DNA from: Moniliella sp. 'wahieum'
Lineage: Eukaryota
NCBI GenBank assembly: GCA_003971905.1
Contig: RSEE01000102.1
Coordinates: 186,001 to 222,574, forward strand
Reading direction: 5' to 3'
DNA: 36,574 bases
A program made the position numbers and the translations under genes. The notes under the pieces were generated by a model. It was not told where the DNA came from, searched no databases, and was given only the letters and a program-made list of their open reading frames with translations. Below, in pieces: positions 11,768 to 25,380 of the stretch (the first letter of the stretch is position 1; every line of letters starts with the position of its first letter).

Positions 11768-13551
11768 ATGTCCATCCACTTAAACGCCCCCCTCTCCCTC
11801 CCCCCCTTTTTGGAATCATCCCCAACCACCAGCCGAGTGCCCTGTCCCTCGTTTGCTCCCACCAGCACCCCCATTCCCCCTGACTCCCCCTGATGACGAC
11901 GGCAAGTGCAGTTCGCTTTGCCAACGATCCTGATGTTCTCCACAAAAGCTTCCTCCCACTCACACCGCCGATACGGCGGTATCTCCCAGCATCCGCTCTC
12001 CCGAGGAACAGGGCGGCATAGATGCTGATGGCAATCCGTCTGGGACAGACCTAAACGAACCAGAGGCTATTGCACGCCTTCAGGCCAAGCTTGTGGCATG
12101 CTCCCGCCTCCCCTCCTTTCTGCGATACCTCCTCTCCCGAGCACTGTCTGCTTCCTGTCGGCTCGAGACTGATATGAGCGTATCCTTATCCATTCGTCGG
12201 TTTAAGGCGTATCAGTGGACGCGGCAGGACAAGTTTAAGTACACAATCATGGCCATCGTTGCCCTGTTTAGCTTGTATGTGATGGAGCGCCCTGGTTTCC
12301 CCCTAAAGCTCCTTTTGCTCTCCTTTACACCGTCGCTATCCTCATCCCTGCCACAAGCCAGTTCTTTCTTCCCGCATCTCCCATCTTCTTCGCCTGGCTC
12401 ATCCTCTTTTACTCGGCTCAGTTCATCCCACCTTCGCAACGGCCCCACATTTGGGTCTCGCTCTTGTCGACGTTGGAACGGGTATGGTACGGCGCAAGCA
12501 TTTCCGAACTGATGACCCGCCTTGGACACCCCATTCTTGACATTTGCGCCTGGATCCCGTACGGTCTGGTGCACTTTTGCGCGCCCTTTTTTGTCGCAGC
12601 CTTCTTGTTCATCCTCGGGCCTCCAGCAAGCGTCAAATTTTTTGCTGCTGCCTTTGGCTTTCTCAACCTCATTGGCGTGATGGTACAGATCCTTCTGCCA
12701 TGTGTCCCGCCCTGTATGTCTCCCCCCCCCCCCTCGCCCCCCCCATCGCCCCCTTCTCATGCTGAACATGGCTGGAAACTAACCATCATCATGTGCATGC
12801 TTTTGCTCTAGGGTACGAGCTGCGCGATGGTCTTACGCCGCCACACATGATATGAAAGGGTCACCGGCCGGGTTGGCCCGGATCGACCGGCTATTTGGAG
12901 GACACGGTTACACCAAAGCCTTTACGAATGCGCCCGTGCCGTTCGGGGCATTTCCCTCGCTTCATGCCGGGTGTGCGACGATGGAGGCGTTGATGCTTTC
13001 GTACTTTTTCCCCGTTGGAATTACGCTCTATCACTCGGCCCACCGACACATTCGTCTGGACATGCGAATGGTCTATTGGCTCTACGCCGGCTGGCTGTAC
13101 TGGTGCACCATGTACCTGATGCACCATTTTCTCATTGACCTCGTGGCAGGCGGGTGCCTGGCAACCGCATGCTTCTACGCTTTCCTCACTGACGAAATGC
13201 GCGACGCGATGGAACTGCATTGGTACGCACCACGCACCTCGTCCCCCGCTCCGCTCAGCGCTGCCCCGGGCCCACGTCGCCCACCCGGCCTTTGGCGTGC
13301 GTCGAGGCCCACTCCCGATCGAACACCAGACGACAGGCAGCTTGAACGTGCTCCACCCTCCTCTCTCGGTCAAATCCCTTGACCCCGAAGCCGGATCGCC
13401 CTTGCTCACCAACTACTCCAACGACTCGGCCACGCACCACGATCCCGTCCCTCCCGCGGACTGGGATGCAGTATTAGAGATGCAGCGCCTCACCTCTCCT
13501 GTCACAGCCGACTCCAGCGGGCAGTATGTTGGTGGGGACTCGAAAAATTAG
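11768..13551 (+). CDS. AUR1: Inositol phosphorylceramide synthase (aureobasidin A target); intron 12714-12811; start uncertain; frameshifts
   Basis: RPHIWVS..TLERVWYGASIS, LDICAWIPYGLVHFCAPF, PCVPPW|YE, GSPAGLARID, FGAFPSLHAG, WCTMYLMHHFLIDLVAG (catalytic H and H...D motifs). Confidence 0.93.
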
Positions 13552-15229
13552 TAAGGAGATGCTTTTCCCCCTGCTATTCCTTCGGCGACCCCCTCGATTC
13601 CGCCTGCCAACGACCCCTCCTGCGCTGGACGGAAGTGACACGGTCAAGCTGCATATTAGGGTGGGTGGGGTCTGATAAAATAGGTCACCATGTGTGTGGT
13701 GCCACCTGCTTCGGTCTCTCCACATGCCTTGGATTGGCTTTTGACCAGGCCCTTCTCACCTGTTTGTTCTTCTTTCGCTTGCCTTGCCTCTCCTGTTCGT
13801 TGTTCGTTGTACGTTTCACGCTTTACGCTTCACGGCCAGGCTTTTCATGCAGCACCCTCGTGCTCAACGATGCTTGTGCCCACGAGTCTTTGCCATCAGT
13901 AACATTATATTGCTTGCCGCTTCTATCCGATATCTGACCTCCCGGTCTCCCACTCTGTTCGAGTGGGTACTATTCTCCAAATGCACTTTCTCCTCTGTCG
14001 CGCTTCACACTGCAGTCGTCTGGCTCGCATCGCTGGCCAGACCAACCAATCAATATCCAATTTACATGGCGTAGTACTAGTTGACCACACTGTAACATAG
14101 TCACTGTGAGTGCTTTTTCTCCCTTCCGTTCCGCGCTGGGACAAAGGCTGGACTTTGACCCCCTTTTCTTCGTGGCCTAGCTATCCGGGGCCCATACACA
14201 CCCACCCCGTCGTAGCTTCGATGCTGTGCTGTTTCAGTGTCGTGGACCTGTTTTCCTCTCGTTTTACAGCGGCCCTTCTCGGCATCCCGTGTGTTACCGC
14301 CGTCCAGGTTACGTGCTCGGTACCCAACTCCTAAATGTTGTTACTGCGTGGTCAGCGTTACGTCCATCATCGCCTAGACTAGGAAAAGAGGCTAGGCACC
14401 CAAGGAGACCGGTCACAAGGAGGGGTCGCAATGCAGCTACTATACAAACGCGAAAATATAGAGAACTTTCGCACGAGTTACTTGGGCGTCACCCCCCGTC
14501 CTTTAGGGCCTTGCGCAGCTCGCCCGACTGGTACTGGTACGATGTCAACCGAGACCGAAACACGGGAGGAGTAAGCCACGGATAATTTGACGATACAAAC
14601 AACAGTAAAAAACCTCCTTGAACCCGTTGTGAAGGACGAAGAGGAAACGCGGCGCGGGAGGAAGGCAAGAGGTTCGTAATGCCTAGTAGTGAGTGGGCCC
14701 CGTGAGCATTTGAGGGAGCAGGGATCCGACCATACATTGAGCGACGTGGGTACGAAATGAAGAATAATATCCACTCGCGCTACATCTGGTTTGGAGACGA
14801 GTGACGGGAGCCAGGGGGTCCAGACCTGTTGGCGACACTATTGGTTCCTGATTGGGCTGGCACGAGCTGACCGCACCCCCCGGATGAGCGAACCTGGTAG
14901 ACGCCGCATTTCTTTGTCCAACCCGTACATTTTGCAGTTGCAAACCTCGGAGTGGGGAAGAGGAAGCGCTCCAACTGTGGGATGTGGCGTAGACTCCGCT
15001 ACGCTTTACGGAGTACCTAGCAAATCTCTATTATGCACATGCTCCACGCCTCATCCACTCCTTTAGGAGCAGACGTGAGGTCGAGATGCATGCACTGCTA
15101 GCTTCATGCGTCGATGAGAAAGACGAGGACTAGGCCTATCAGTGCATTCAAGCGCCAGGTGTTCCCTGAGCGAAGGATTTTAGGTATTGGCAGCGCCAGT
15201 GACGCCGAGGGACTCGGTTCCGCGCAACC

Positions 15230-15836
15230 TTAGTTGTCGCAGAAGATCCAGGAGAAGTTGGCCGTCTGGTACGAGGCAAGCTCCTCCGGCATGAACCAAG
15301 GCTAATCTCCTTTTCGGCGCTCTCGTTCGAGTCCGAGGCGTGGATGAGGTTGCGGCCGACCGAGATGGCGTACTTGCCACGGATGCTGCCGGGCTGGTCG
15401 GCAGCCACGAGGGGGTTGGTGGCACCACCATCTTGCGGCCCTGCTTGACAATGTCGGTGCCCTGCCAGACCATGGCGACAACGGGGGTGCCGCAGGTGAT
15501 GTACTCGACGAGCGAGGGGAAGAAGGGCTTGGAGGCGAGGTCGGCGTAGTGCCTGCCAGGAAGAAGGGGAGGAGAGGAGGGAGGGAGTCAGCTCGTGCCG
15601 GACGCGCAAGAAAGAATAACAAAGAAAGAGAAGCGAGCGGGGACAGGGGGACACGTACTGCTTGGCCAGCTCCTGGCTGGGCACGACCATCTTGAGGCCA
15701 GCGAGCTGGTAGCCACGCTTCTCGAACGTGCGATGACCTCGCCGATGAGCTGACGGGCCGTGCCGTCAGGCTTGATCATGATGTAGCTGCGCTCGGTGGG
15801 CGTGCCGGGGACACCAGCAATGGACTGGGACGACAT
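15230..15836 (-). CDS. NDK1: Nucleoside diphosphate kinase; intron 15553-15658; frameshifts
   Basis: [51 protein letters not shown] (phospho-His), ...WIFCDN*. Confidence 0.95.
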
Positions 15837-16081
15837 GGCGGATGCAGGAGGGAAGGAGGAGGCGGAGGGGGAGAGGCGGAGAGGCAGAGACAGGTGCGCG
15901 CTGTTTTATACGCGGCGAGCACCGCAGGAAGAATTTTGGCCGCAGAACGGGGGGCGGGCGGGGGCGATCAGAAGCTTGCGGCCGCGGGGGGGGGGCACTG
16001 GCCCCGTGCTGCCGAGGGGGCTGCGGGACGGCACGCGTCACACGCCCGGGCACAGGAACACTGCTGGGGTGCCTCATAACT

Positions 16082-16132
16082 GCTAACCGCTAGCCGCTAG
16101 CCGCAGGCCGCTAAGCGCTAACCGGGCTAACC
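16082..16132. repeat. Degenerate 7-mer tandem array GCTA(A/G)CC in the NDK1/SET-gene divergent intergenic region
   Basis: gctaacc gctagcc gctagcc gcaggcc gctaagc gctaacc gg gctaacc read directly. Confidence 0.75.
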
Positions 16133-16439
16133 GCATCCGCCAGCCAAGGGGCACTGCAGGGTTAAACGTTAAACGCAGCAGAGCGGAATGGGGAGGGTGG
16201 TTACGTCAGCCGGCGGAATACCCGGCGCGGGGGCAATGGCCACCGCAGGCAAGCGGCCAGAGTAGCGAGAGCAGCCCAGCAGCCACCCGCCTGCTAGACA
16301 CCGCCCCTAGGGCGGCCTCCTTGCCGCCGCCGCCACCACCATTGCCATTGCCACCGCCACCGCCACCGCCTCCGCTGCCGCCACCGCCACCGCCCACCCC
16401 GGCTTGGCTGCCCCACCTGCCCCCTCGCCACCACCCGGC

Positions 16440-19400
16440 ATGGCTGCGCTTGCGCCTCCGCCACCGCCGCCCGTCCATCCTTCGCCCCCCGGCGACTTGC
16501 GCCCCTACGACGACCCCGACGACGACCTCGACGGCCTCGACGGCCTCGACCACCCTTCTTCCCGACCGCCCGTGCCTTCGCCACGATCACATCCCGTGCC
16601 GTCCGCTTCCACAGAGAGCGCAAGTGTGGGCGGTCACATCATCACATCCGAACGGCCACGACGACAATGGTAAAGAGGGCGATGACCCTGACGGGCCGCT
16701 CCAGCCGACGACGTTATCCGGTGCGTTGCCTCGTACTTCTGCGCGCGTCCCAGCCAGCTGACCCCCCTCTCTTCGTGCGCTTATTTGACCAGATGCATCT
16801 GCGGATCAGCGACGACGATGGCTTCACTATCGTGCGATCGATGTCTTGTGTGGCAACACTGCGCCTGCATGGGTATGACATCGCCCTCGATGTGCCGGAC
16901 GACTACTTGTGCGAGCGCTGCGATCCTAATCCGGACCGACGTGTCGATGCTGCGTATGCGCGCGCCATACAGACCCGCAAACGCGATCACGAGCGCCGCC
17001 GTAGTCAACTGTACCAGGCTGCCATCTCCCAGCAGTCTGCTCGCCAACGCCAACGCCAACGCCAACGCGGATCCCAATCCCATATCCAGTCCCAGTCCCA
17101 GCCCCAGTCCCAGTTCCCGTCCCGCCCCCAGGCACCAAAAGATGGGCCTGGGCAAAGGGCGCCACAGGACCGCCATCACATCCATCTCTCCCGTCGATGC
17201 TTCGCCTCTCGCCATGAGCCCTTCTACCTCTGCTACAGGTCTGGCTCCCGACAAATCTGCTATGCATACGCCACCCGCTTTCGGTCCTGAGACTCCGGGG
17301 TCACGCGCCGCCAATGCGTCCACCTTGCAGCGCCGCGCCCCTCGCCGAAAGGACGATGAGCGGGGCTCCTCTGAGACCCCTGCTGTGACTGAGGCTTGGC
17401 GTGTTGAATTCACGCCCCTAGCTCGCAACATCCTCGCCGACCCTACGCTCAAGCCACAGTTGGAATCGGCCATGCTTCCCTTTCAGCGCTGGGCTATTAG
17501 CCCTGGCGCGCCTGGGACCGAACCCCGCTGAGAGCAGTTCCCCACGCGGGGGGCAAATGGATCGCTCCTGTTTTTAAGCCCGGCCTCACGCTCCAGTTGT
17601 CCAACGCGCGCCTGCATCCGCGGCGGAGGGTCCAGGACCAGGTTCAGCGATCACGCACACCTCTTGTCCCTATCCCCTCGCTTATGGAGGGACTGTGTGC
17701 TGTGGGGAACGAGTGCATACCTGTGGCCATCAGCTCGCCCTCACCACTGGCCAAGTTGGGGATGCGGATCTATGTGAAACAGATCTCTGATACTGCGTCG
17801 GCGGCGGTCTTCAAGGATGTGCTCTTCCCCAAGTGGGCCCCAACAGCCCACAGCCCCCCTGGTCTGCTTCCCGCACCTTCAGCCGTCCGTGATGCATGGC
17901 TTATTTGCCAACCAGCATATCCCAAGCGGTTGCTTCATTATTGAGATAAAGGGGTTTTGAAACGTGCCAGTGCCTACCGCGCCGATCCTAAGAACATGTA
18001 CCCCAAAATCGGATGCACCAAGTCTCACGTTCACCTGTTCCCTCCCCCACTCGATTTAGCGATGGATATGCGCAGCTATGGGAATCCTGCCCGCTTTGCC
18101 CGTTTCTCCTGCCACCCCAACGCAGTTTTGCGCCCGATACTCTACCGCCGTATGCCTTCCTCGCTCTCGAACAGCCCTGAGTCAGATTGGATTGCACCCC
18201 CATCGGCCTCCGACCCATTCGCCCCATCTACCACAATGGGTTTGTCACCTGCCTCCCTGCCATACTCACCCCCAGTATCGGACGCGGAAGTCGAACCTGA
18301 ACTGGTATTTGGGATATTTGCTCTGACCGATATCAGCAAACCCACGAGATCACTTGGGTGGGAGGGACGATGCCCACGTTGCACACTTCTTCCCAAGCTG
18401 ATTGAAAATCCTCTTTTTTCCCGACTCGGCCTTGAACCTCTCGCCGCTCACTCTGCCCAATTGTTGGGGGCCCCTTTGAGTACTGCCGAGCGTGTTGCTG
18501 CTCGTACAGCGCTTCTCGCCCGAGGGACTTCCCTTATGCAGGTACCTCGCTCAGTCGGCGGATGAATGCAGCGAGCCGCGATTTGCTCAGTTCGACGCTC
18601 TGTGCTTGCATTGGGAATGCTGTGGGGGCCACAACAGGCGGTTGGGCTACAGCAGCCAACATGGCTCGGAGGCAAGATTGCGCTGGCTCAGATGTTACGT
18701 GTCGGGCAGGGGATGCCACTGCTTGAGCGGCTGCTGCATCTGCCCTGGCACAGCCAAGCTTGGATCCCTTGGCCGATGCGCCCGAAGTGAACCGGGAAAC
18801 GATCGAAAACGCCGACCTAAACCGCCTGACTTTCGTCCTTTGCTCGGCCAGCACCGCGGCTGGTTTGCTAACAAGGGCGGAGTCCTCTCCCCATCCCCGC
18901 GTCGGACCCAAGTGATCCTGATACGTTGGACCCCGCTTCTGGATCGGCTTCGCGCGCCGCCTCTCGTTCTCGCTCCCGTATGCCGTCCCCCACGACGGAG
19001 CAGCGTACGATACTGACCCGCTCTCGGGTCTAAGCGATGTGGACTACGATGGGGTCGCAACGATCCTACCGCAAATGAGACAATCCTGTCCTTGCCTAAG
19101 TTGGGGGATGCCCCACCGGTGGGTGGAAACGATGGTCATTGGGCCGTCAACGGTGACTGTGTTACCTCTCAAGAAGCGGGTGCAAGGAACGCGGATCAAA
19201 GCCTCCTTGTCTTCCTCGGATTCGGACGCCGATGCAGCTGGAGCAGCAATGCACCAGCATATTGCTACCCGGGAAGCCTCCATTGCCGCGGCCTCTACCT
19301 TCTCCTCTCACACCCGAGGCAAACGCAAAGCCCGTCACACAGACATGAACTTACCCCGCATGTTTGACTTTGGCGAAGAGGAAGAGGAGGAAGCACAGAA

Positions 19401-21491
19401 GAGCCGGTCCAAACGGCGCCCGACCGGCCGTTCGCGCGCCTTCGCTGACACGGACGGGGAGGAGGAGGAGGAGGAGGAGGCGGAGGCGGAAAGCAGTTCA
19501 GGGGAGAGCGCTGCCTCCCCTCGTCGCAGTTCCGGGCAGAGAACACGCCCCGCCTACGTATCGGACGACGATCGGCGCAAACCCCGGGGCCACGACTCGG
19601 TGCCGACTGCGTCCCAGGCACGTAAGTCCTCGGCAGCGATACGGGTGCGGCGGATGCTTCAAAAGTTGGCTGGGAGTGACGAAGACTCCAATTCTTCCTC
19701 GGGCGGAGGAGAGGGGGATCGGTTCCCTCTCGGTACCTCGGAAGAGCACAAGGCTGAGCCCAGCCCCCCTCGTTCCTTGGTCCGGAGGAGGAAGAAGGAA
19801 CTTACACAGGAGGAGATTGAGGAGCGGAGGGAAAGGGAACGCGCACGAGACCGTAAGCGCAAACGGGAGGCACGCGAACGGGCACGTGCGGCCAAGTTGC
19901 AAGCCCAGGAACAAGGTGGTCAGGAGGGCAAGAAACTAGGCAAATCACCAGCCTCTCCCTCTTCAGCCTCTGCCTCGGCGGGAAAGCAGGGGGGAAGAAG
20001 CCCTCGGAGCAGGGAGAGGCCGTGTCCCCTATGCGGACCAGTCACAAACGGTCTCGCGACTCGATCTCGCTTCATGTACCTAAGAAGCGACGTGTCGTCG
20101 ACTTTTCGGATGAGGACGAAGACGAGCCAAAGGGACCTGAGACCTCGCGTGTCGCAGTCGGTCCCGGCCCTGGCCCTGGCCCCGATCCCGGCCCTCCGCC
20201 CCTCCCACCCCACCCCGTTTCGGCCCCGTCTGTGAATCAGGACCGGCCCCTTGGGCGCCTGGAATGGACGCAGTGCCTCATGCACCTGCACCCGCACCAC
20301 CCGTTGCCGGTCCTACTGCTACTCCTGGGCCTGGTTCTGTTCCCGCTCCCACTCCCCCACCCGCACCCGCTCCTGCTGCTGCCGCCGCTTCTGTTTCTAC
20401 ACCTGTCTCGGCATCTGCCTCGGCGTTTGATTCAGAGCCGCAACGGACCAAGCTCTCCTTAACCGCGTACCGGCAACGTATGGCGCAGAAGCGTCAAGCG
20501 ACGACAGATGGCCCAGCGGAAGTGGACACACCTCACCGTACTGTGCCCGAGTCTGAACCCATGCCAGGGACCAATGTCGATACGGCAGCTGCATCGACCG
20601 TGATGGCTTCGCTCGGGTCGGATCCTAGTTCCCCGGCTTCCAAGTCTCAAGTAGCACCGCCACTACCAGTCCCGAGCACGATCAGGAAGAAGGGGCGATT
20701 TCGGCTACGCCGCCCAAGAAGAAAACTCCGCTCAACTCGTTGCCTTCATTTCGGTGCGCCGTCCGCCGTCACCTTCCCTTCCGCCTGTGGCTCCGGCGCA
20801 GCAGGGGCACTCGCAGAGCGCGCGAGGGGGACTGCCGGTTCCTGCTTCCCCGCCGTGCCATCCCGTTCTTCGCCGCTCTCTTTCCGTGCTTTGCCACCGC
20901 GCCCACATGGCGCGTTCCCTCCAGCTAGGACGAGTCGGTCGCCATCATTGGGTTCTGCGGTGCTGTCAGAGCCCGGCCTAGTATCTCGCCCACACTTGGC
21001 TCTGCGCCGCCCCCTGAAGCACCCTTGGGTCCCCGGCCAATGCGCCAAGGCAATGGCGCCTTTGATGCGCCCAAGGGTCCACGCGCGTTGATGGGTGCGC
21101 CCTCCAACCCCCCGGGACCGCCGCCTCCCCCCCCACCGCGGATGCTCCCCCCTGGTCCTCGACGGGACGAAATGGGTTCCAAGGGGGAACGGCCAACAGG
21201 CTTGGCGGCTGCTGCCGAAACGCGTCGACTGCAGCGGGACCGCAACCCGCATTTCCCCCCCACCCGGCCGCCCACGCAGGCCTGCCCCCGTATCTACCTG
21301 GCCCACCCCCCGGCCCGCCCTACTACCCTCCGCCCTGGGCTGCCAATGCACCGCGGCGCGATCCTCGCGACATGGGCGAACGGGACCCGGCAGGCTATCC
21401 GCCTCGTCCCGGTCGTCCTTGGGGCGCTCGCGCACGCGTGCGCGGCGGCCCTCCGCCGCCAGGACCACCGCGCCGGCCCAGTCGGTGGTAG
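16440..21491 (+). CDS. PHD-finger + SET-domain chromatin protein (Set3/Set4-like) with long low-complexity C-terminus; intron 16721-16792; many frameshifts
   Basis: IR|CICG..DDDGFTI.CDRCLVWQHCACMG...DDYLCERCDP (PHD); DMRSYGNPARFARFSCHPNAVLRP and FGIFALTDI (SET); Pro/Arg/Glu-rich tail ending ...PRRPSRW* at 21491 (inferred). Confidence 0.8.
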
Positions 21492-23156
21492 CTGTATGAA
21501 CCCATTGGGCTCGTCTGTGTTGTGCCATTGGGCGTCCTGCCCTGTATCCTTATCTCATCCGCATCCCCACTTACCCTCCCATCCTCTCATCCTCTCATCT
21601 TCCTATCCTCCCATCGTCCCATCGTCCATCGTCCCATCCTACCCCCGCTGTAAGAAGATGAGGAGAAGGTAAGAAGGGGGTAAGGGTCTGTGGCCAAGGG
21701 CCACCTCGGCTGCACCCCCTTGTACACCACTCTGTTTTTTTCCCCCTGGTTTCTGTGCCTCATCTTTTCCCTATCCTCGAAGAAATGTGGACCCTGGCGC
21801 GGCGCCGCGCGTGTCATGTCGCGCCTGCCTCCTGTTGTGTACGAATTGTATTCCATCGCTCCTGACGAAGATGCCACAGGGCGTGCGGGGGGGACGGGGC
21901 GGGGGTGAAGTACTACTTTAATTACCAATGAGAGCGTCCGAGATTCAGTTGGACTGAAGAAGCGGCACTCAAGAGAGGACATGACATGATAGTGTAGTAT
22001 CAGTGGGTGGACGGGCATCGTGCTTCGTCTCATGGGTCTCATGGATCTCATGGATCTCATGCACGCTAACTGCCACTGCTCTCTCGCCTCGTGTATCGAG
22101 TATCATATATCAACTGAGAACATTAAAGGACTCTCTGAGCAGAAGTGTATTTTCCATGTGGATTAGTATGCAGGGACCAAGGTGAATCACACTCTGAGAG
22201 AGTCGGAAACCACAGGGAGGCCAGAGACAACCTCTTGGAAGGTGTTGCACACATGAGGCAGCCATGACTTTCTAGTTTGGAATGCCTGGAGAAAACGTCG
22301 TGTATCGCCTTCTGTGTGTCGTGTGGACCAGGCGCGGGTTGCCAAGCTTCCAGCGTGATCCCTCTGTCTTCTGAGACCATGGGGAAGACGCGGGGATCGT
22401 GCAACACCAAGCCTGCCAAGACGTTGGATCACCCTGGAACAAATGGCCAGCTGAAAGAGTCTTGGTTATAGTTGGAGGGGATGTAGTAGCTCATCGACAT
22501 CTTGCGCACGTGCCCACACCAGCACATGCTCACTAAGTACTAACCCAGCACTGATGGATTTGATTCGGAAACGAAAAAGCCGCTGGGAAGAACCACAGGG
22601 GATCCTGTGAGGCCTGTCGGCTGGCCTGCTAGCATGCAAATCTCCTCCTCCTGGGGACGGTGCTAGCGGGAGAGAGCAAGTGTGGGCCAAGCATCTTTCT
22701 TCCCCTGGTCGCGGTCCAAGGGTTGGACATTGCAGATGCAGGTATTTGGCAGATCTCAGAGATATCAGATGAACACATCGATCATTGATCACGATCACAC
22801 TCCTCACGCGTCTCAGGAGGAGCATCCCGGCACTGGCCATCTGGCCTGTGTGTTCTGCGGCTGCCCCTGGGCTGCACTGGGTGCACTGCGCTGGTCCCGT
22901 CTGCGCTCAGCATCCGGCCCGAGGAGGGGCCAGGCACAGGAGCAGTGCGCCGCCTGCGCTGCCATCACGTGCATCACACCTGCCGAGCCGCCGGGCGTCA
23001 GTGTCATTCGCGGAGCGGTGCACGGGCCGCCTGTCTGACGTGCTGCCTGCGCCAGACCAGACCGCCCCACGCCGGAGCCGCTGGGTTATCTTATTGTGGC
23101 CTCGCTGGCCTCGCTCGTTCGCTGTGTTCCCACCCACCGTCTTGCTCTCAGATCTC

Positions 23157-25380
23157 ATGCTGCTTCCGCGCCTCGGACGCCCCGCCGCAGCGGCGACAGC
23201 GACAGCGACTGCCTCCCCCCTCCTCCACGCGGCGCCGCGGGCCTCGCACCACCGCGGCCGATGCGACGGCCCATCGCCGTCGCTATGCACCGAGGCCAAG
23301 TCCACGGCAAGGAGGCTTCTCCTGCCCGGAAGCAGCAGCAGCAGCCATAGGCCCTCGCGCCGTGCCCGTCCGGCGCCCAATGCGTACGTGTCCGGTCCAG
23401 CCTCGGCCGAGCGCACGGTCCACCCCAGCAACCCCCCTGGCTCGCCGCCGCTGCCGGTGCTCTATGTCCACAAGCGCGGTGGGGAGGTGCTGGAAGACCC
23501 CATCAGCAACTATGGTGCCGCCCACAGTCTGGCGAGCGCGAGCTTCTGGGTCTCAGTCCTTTTCTTCCCAACAGCGTCCACACGCTGGCGACCCAGGTCG
23601 ACCGGGCCTACAACCAATTTAAGCTGCGCCAGCGCATCGCCAAGTACGGCAACGAGGACGACGGCGACATTATGCAGTACACCTACTCCGTTCTCTCAAG
23701 GACCAGAACGCGATCCTGTTCTATGCGCTCCTGTGCCGCAACCTGAAGGAAACGCTGCGCATCATCTACACTCCGGTGGTGGGTGCTGCGATCACTAACT
23801 ACTCGCGCATCTTCCGCGCCCCGACGGCACTTATCTCTCCTACCCCGCTTACAAGACAGCCATTGACGAAGCAGGGGGCGACCGTGAGGCGGGACGCAAG
23901 TACCTGGAAGATGCAATCACTCATACGGTCACCTTGGACCGGATGATGTGGACTTGCTGACCTGCACGGATAGTGAAGGAATCCTCGGTATTGGCGACCA
24001 GGGTATGTAAACCCCCCTTTCCCTTCGGTGCTATTAGGGCATGTCGCGAGCCATTCTCCTAACTGTTTGTAAAATCAGGTGTTGGCGGCATCAACATTGC
24101 CATTGGCAAAAACACCATCTACGCTGTTGGTGGTGGCTTTGACCCCCAGCGCACACTCAGCATCGGACTCGATGTGGGTACCAACAATGCTAGCATGCTG
24201 GCTGACCCCTTGTACTTGGGCTGGCGCAATCCTCGTTTGCGTGGGGCCGAGTATGATGCGTTCATGGACGATTACACTAGTGTTGCTAGCAAGTGCTTCC
24301 CCCACGCTTTGCTTCACTATGAAGACTTTGGCACTCAGAACGCCCACCGTCTGCTGCTCAAGTACCGCCCCAAATACAATGTCTTCTGGGACGATGAGCA
24401 GGTTCGTTGGCAATCTTATTGACCCTCCTATCACCTGGTTCGCGACTAACTTTTTTTTCGTGCAGGGAACGGCTGCCGTGACACTTGCTGCAGTTCTGTC
24501 GGCAGTGAAGGTGACCAAGTCTACGTTGAAGGACCAGCGATACATTATTTTTGGCGCTGGTACCGCGGGTCTCGGCATCGCAGCTCAAATCCGGGATGCA
24601 ATTTCCATCCGTCAAGGTCTGAGCAAGGAAGAGGCCGCCAAGCGTCTTTGGCTGATTGACCGGGATGGTCTGTTGGTCAAGGGCGAGGTTGAGCTGCGCG
24701 AGGCGCAAGTGCCCTTTGCCCGAGAGAAGGAAGAGGTGGCCAACTGGCCCCCGCCCAAGGAGGGACACGGTTTCCCCCTGCTTGAAGTAGTCAAACAGGT
24801 CAAGCCTACGGTGCTGATTGGTGTTTCGGGTCAGGGGGGTGCGTTCACCGAAGCGGTGGTGAGGGAAATGTCGGCCCACTGTGAGCGCCCCGCCATCTTG
24901 CCCCTCTCCAACCCGTCTCGTCTCTCCGAGGCCCGGCCGGACGAGATCAATGAATGGTCGCACGGCAAGCTTTGATCGCGACCGGCTCGCCTTTCCCTCC
25001 CGTTCCGATCCCCAACTCGACCAAGATGTACACAGTGGCCGAATCCAACAATGCACTTGGCTTCCCTGGCTTGGTGGCGGTGTGATCCTAGCCAAGGCGA
25101 AGCACTTGACGGACAGCATGATTGTCGCGGGGTGGATGCGATTGCATCGCTCAGCCCGGCGCTCAACGACCCGGACGCGTCCCTCTTGCCCGACCTGACG
25201 GACATGCGCAACGTTAGCATGAAGGTGTCTGCTGCCGTGGCGCTGGCAGCCAAGAAGGAGGGCATTGCGCGCGCCGAGAACTTGCCCGACACACTGGAGG
25301 AAATGGAGAAGCTTGCGCGGCACCGTGCCTGGGTGCCGCTGTACCGGGAGCTGCGCCCGGCGCTGCCGGAGCAGTGGTGA
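23157..25380 (+). CDS. MAE1: Malic enzyme (probably mitochondrial, NAD-preferring); introns 24003-24078 and 24402-24465; frameshifts
   Basis: IIYTPVVG, TDSEGILGIGDQG|VGG, LDVGTNN, HYEDFG, DDEQ|GTAAVTLA, FGAGTAGLGIA, LIGVSG, PLSNP; Arg/Ala-rich N-terminus MLLPRLGRPAAA resembles a presequence. Confidence 0.92.

Noticed and set aside
14336..14784. Possible solo LTR (TGTT...TACA) in the AUR1-NDK1 intergenic region
   Set aside because: No matching TSD for the boundaries tried, weak terminal inverted repeat and no second copy in the window
15330..15350. NDK active site HASD instead of HGSD
   Set aside because: Catalytic His is intact and HASD is a known variant in NDKs
21989..22002. AGTGTAGTATC resembles the U2 snRNA branch-pairing sequence
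   Set aside because: Flanks lack the U2 5' stem (GCCTTTTGGCTAAGATCA), the following TGTTCTT and an Sm site
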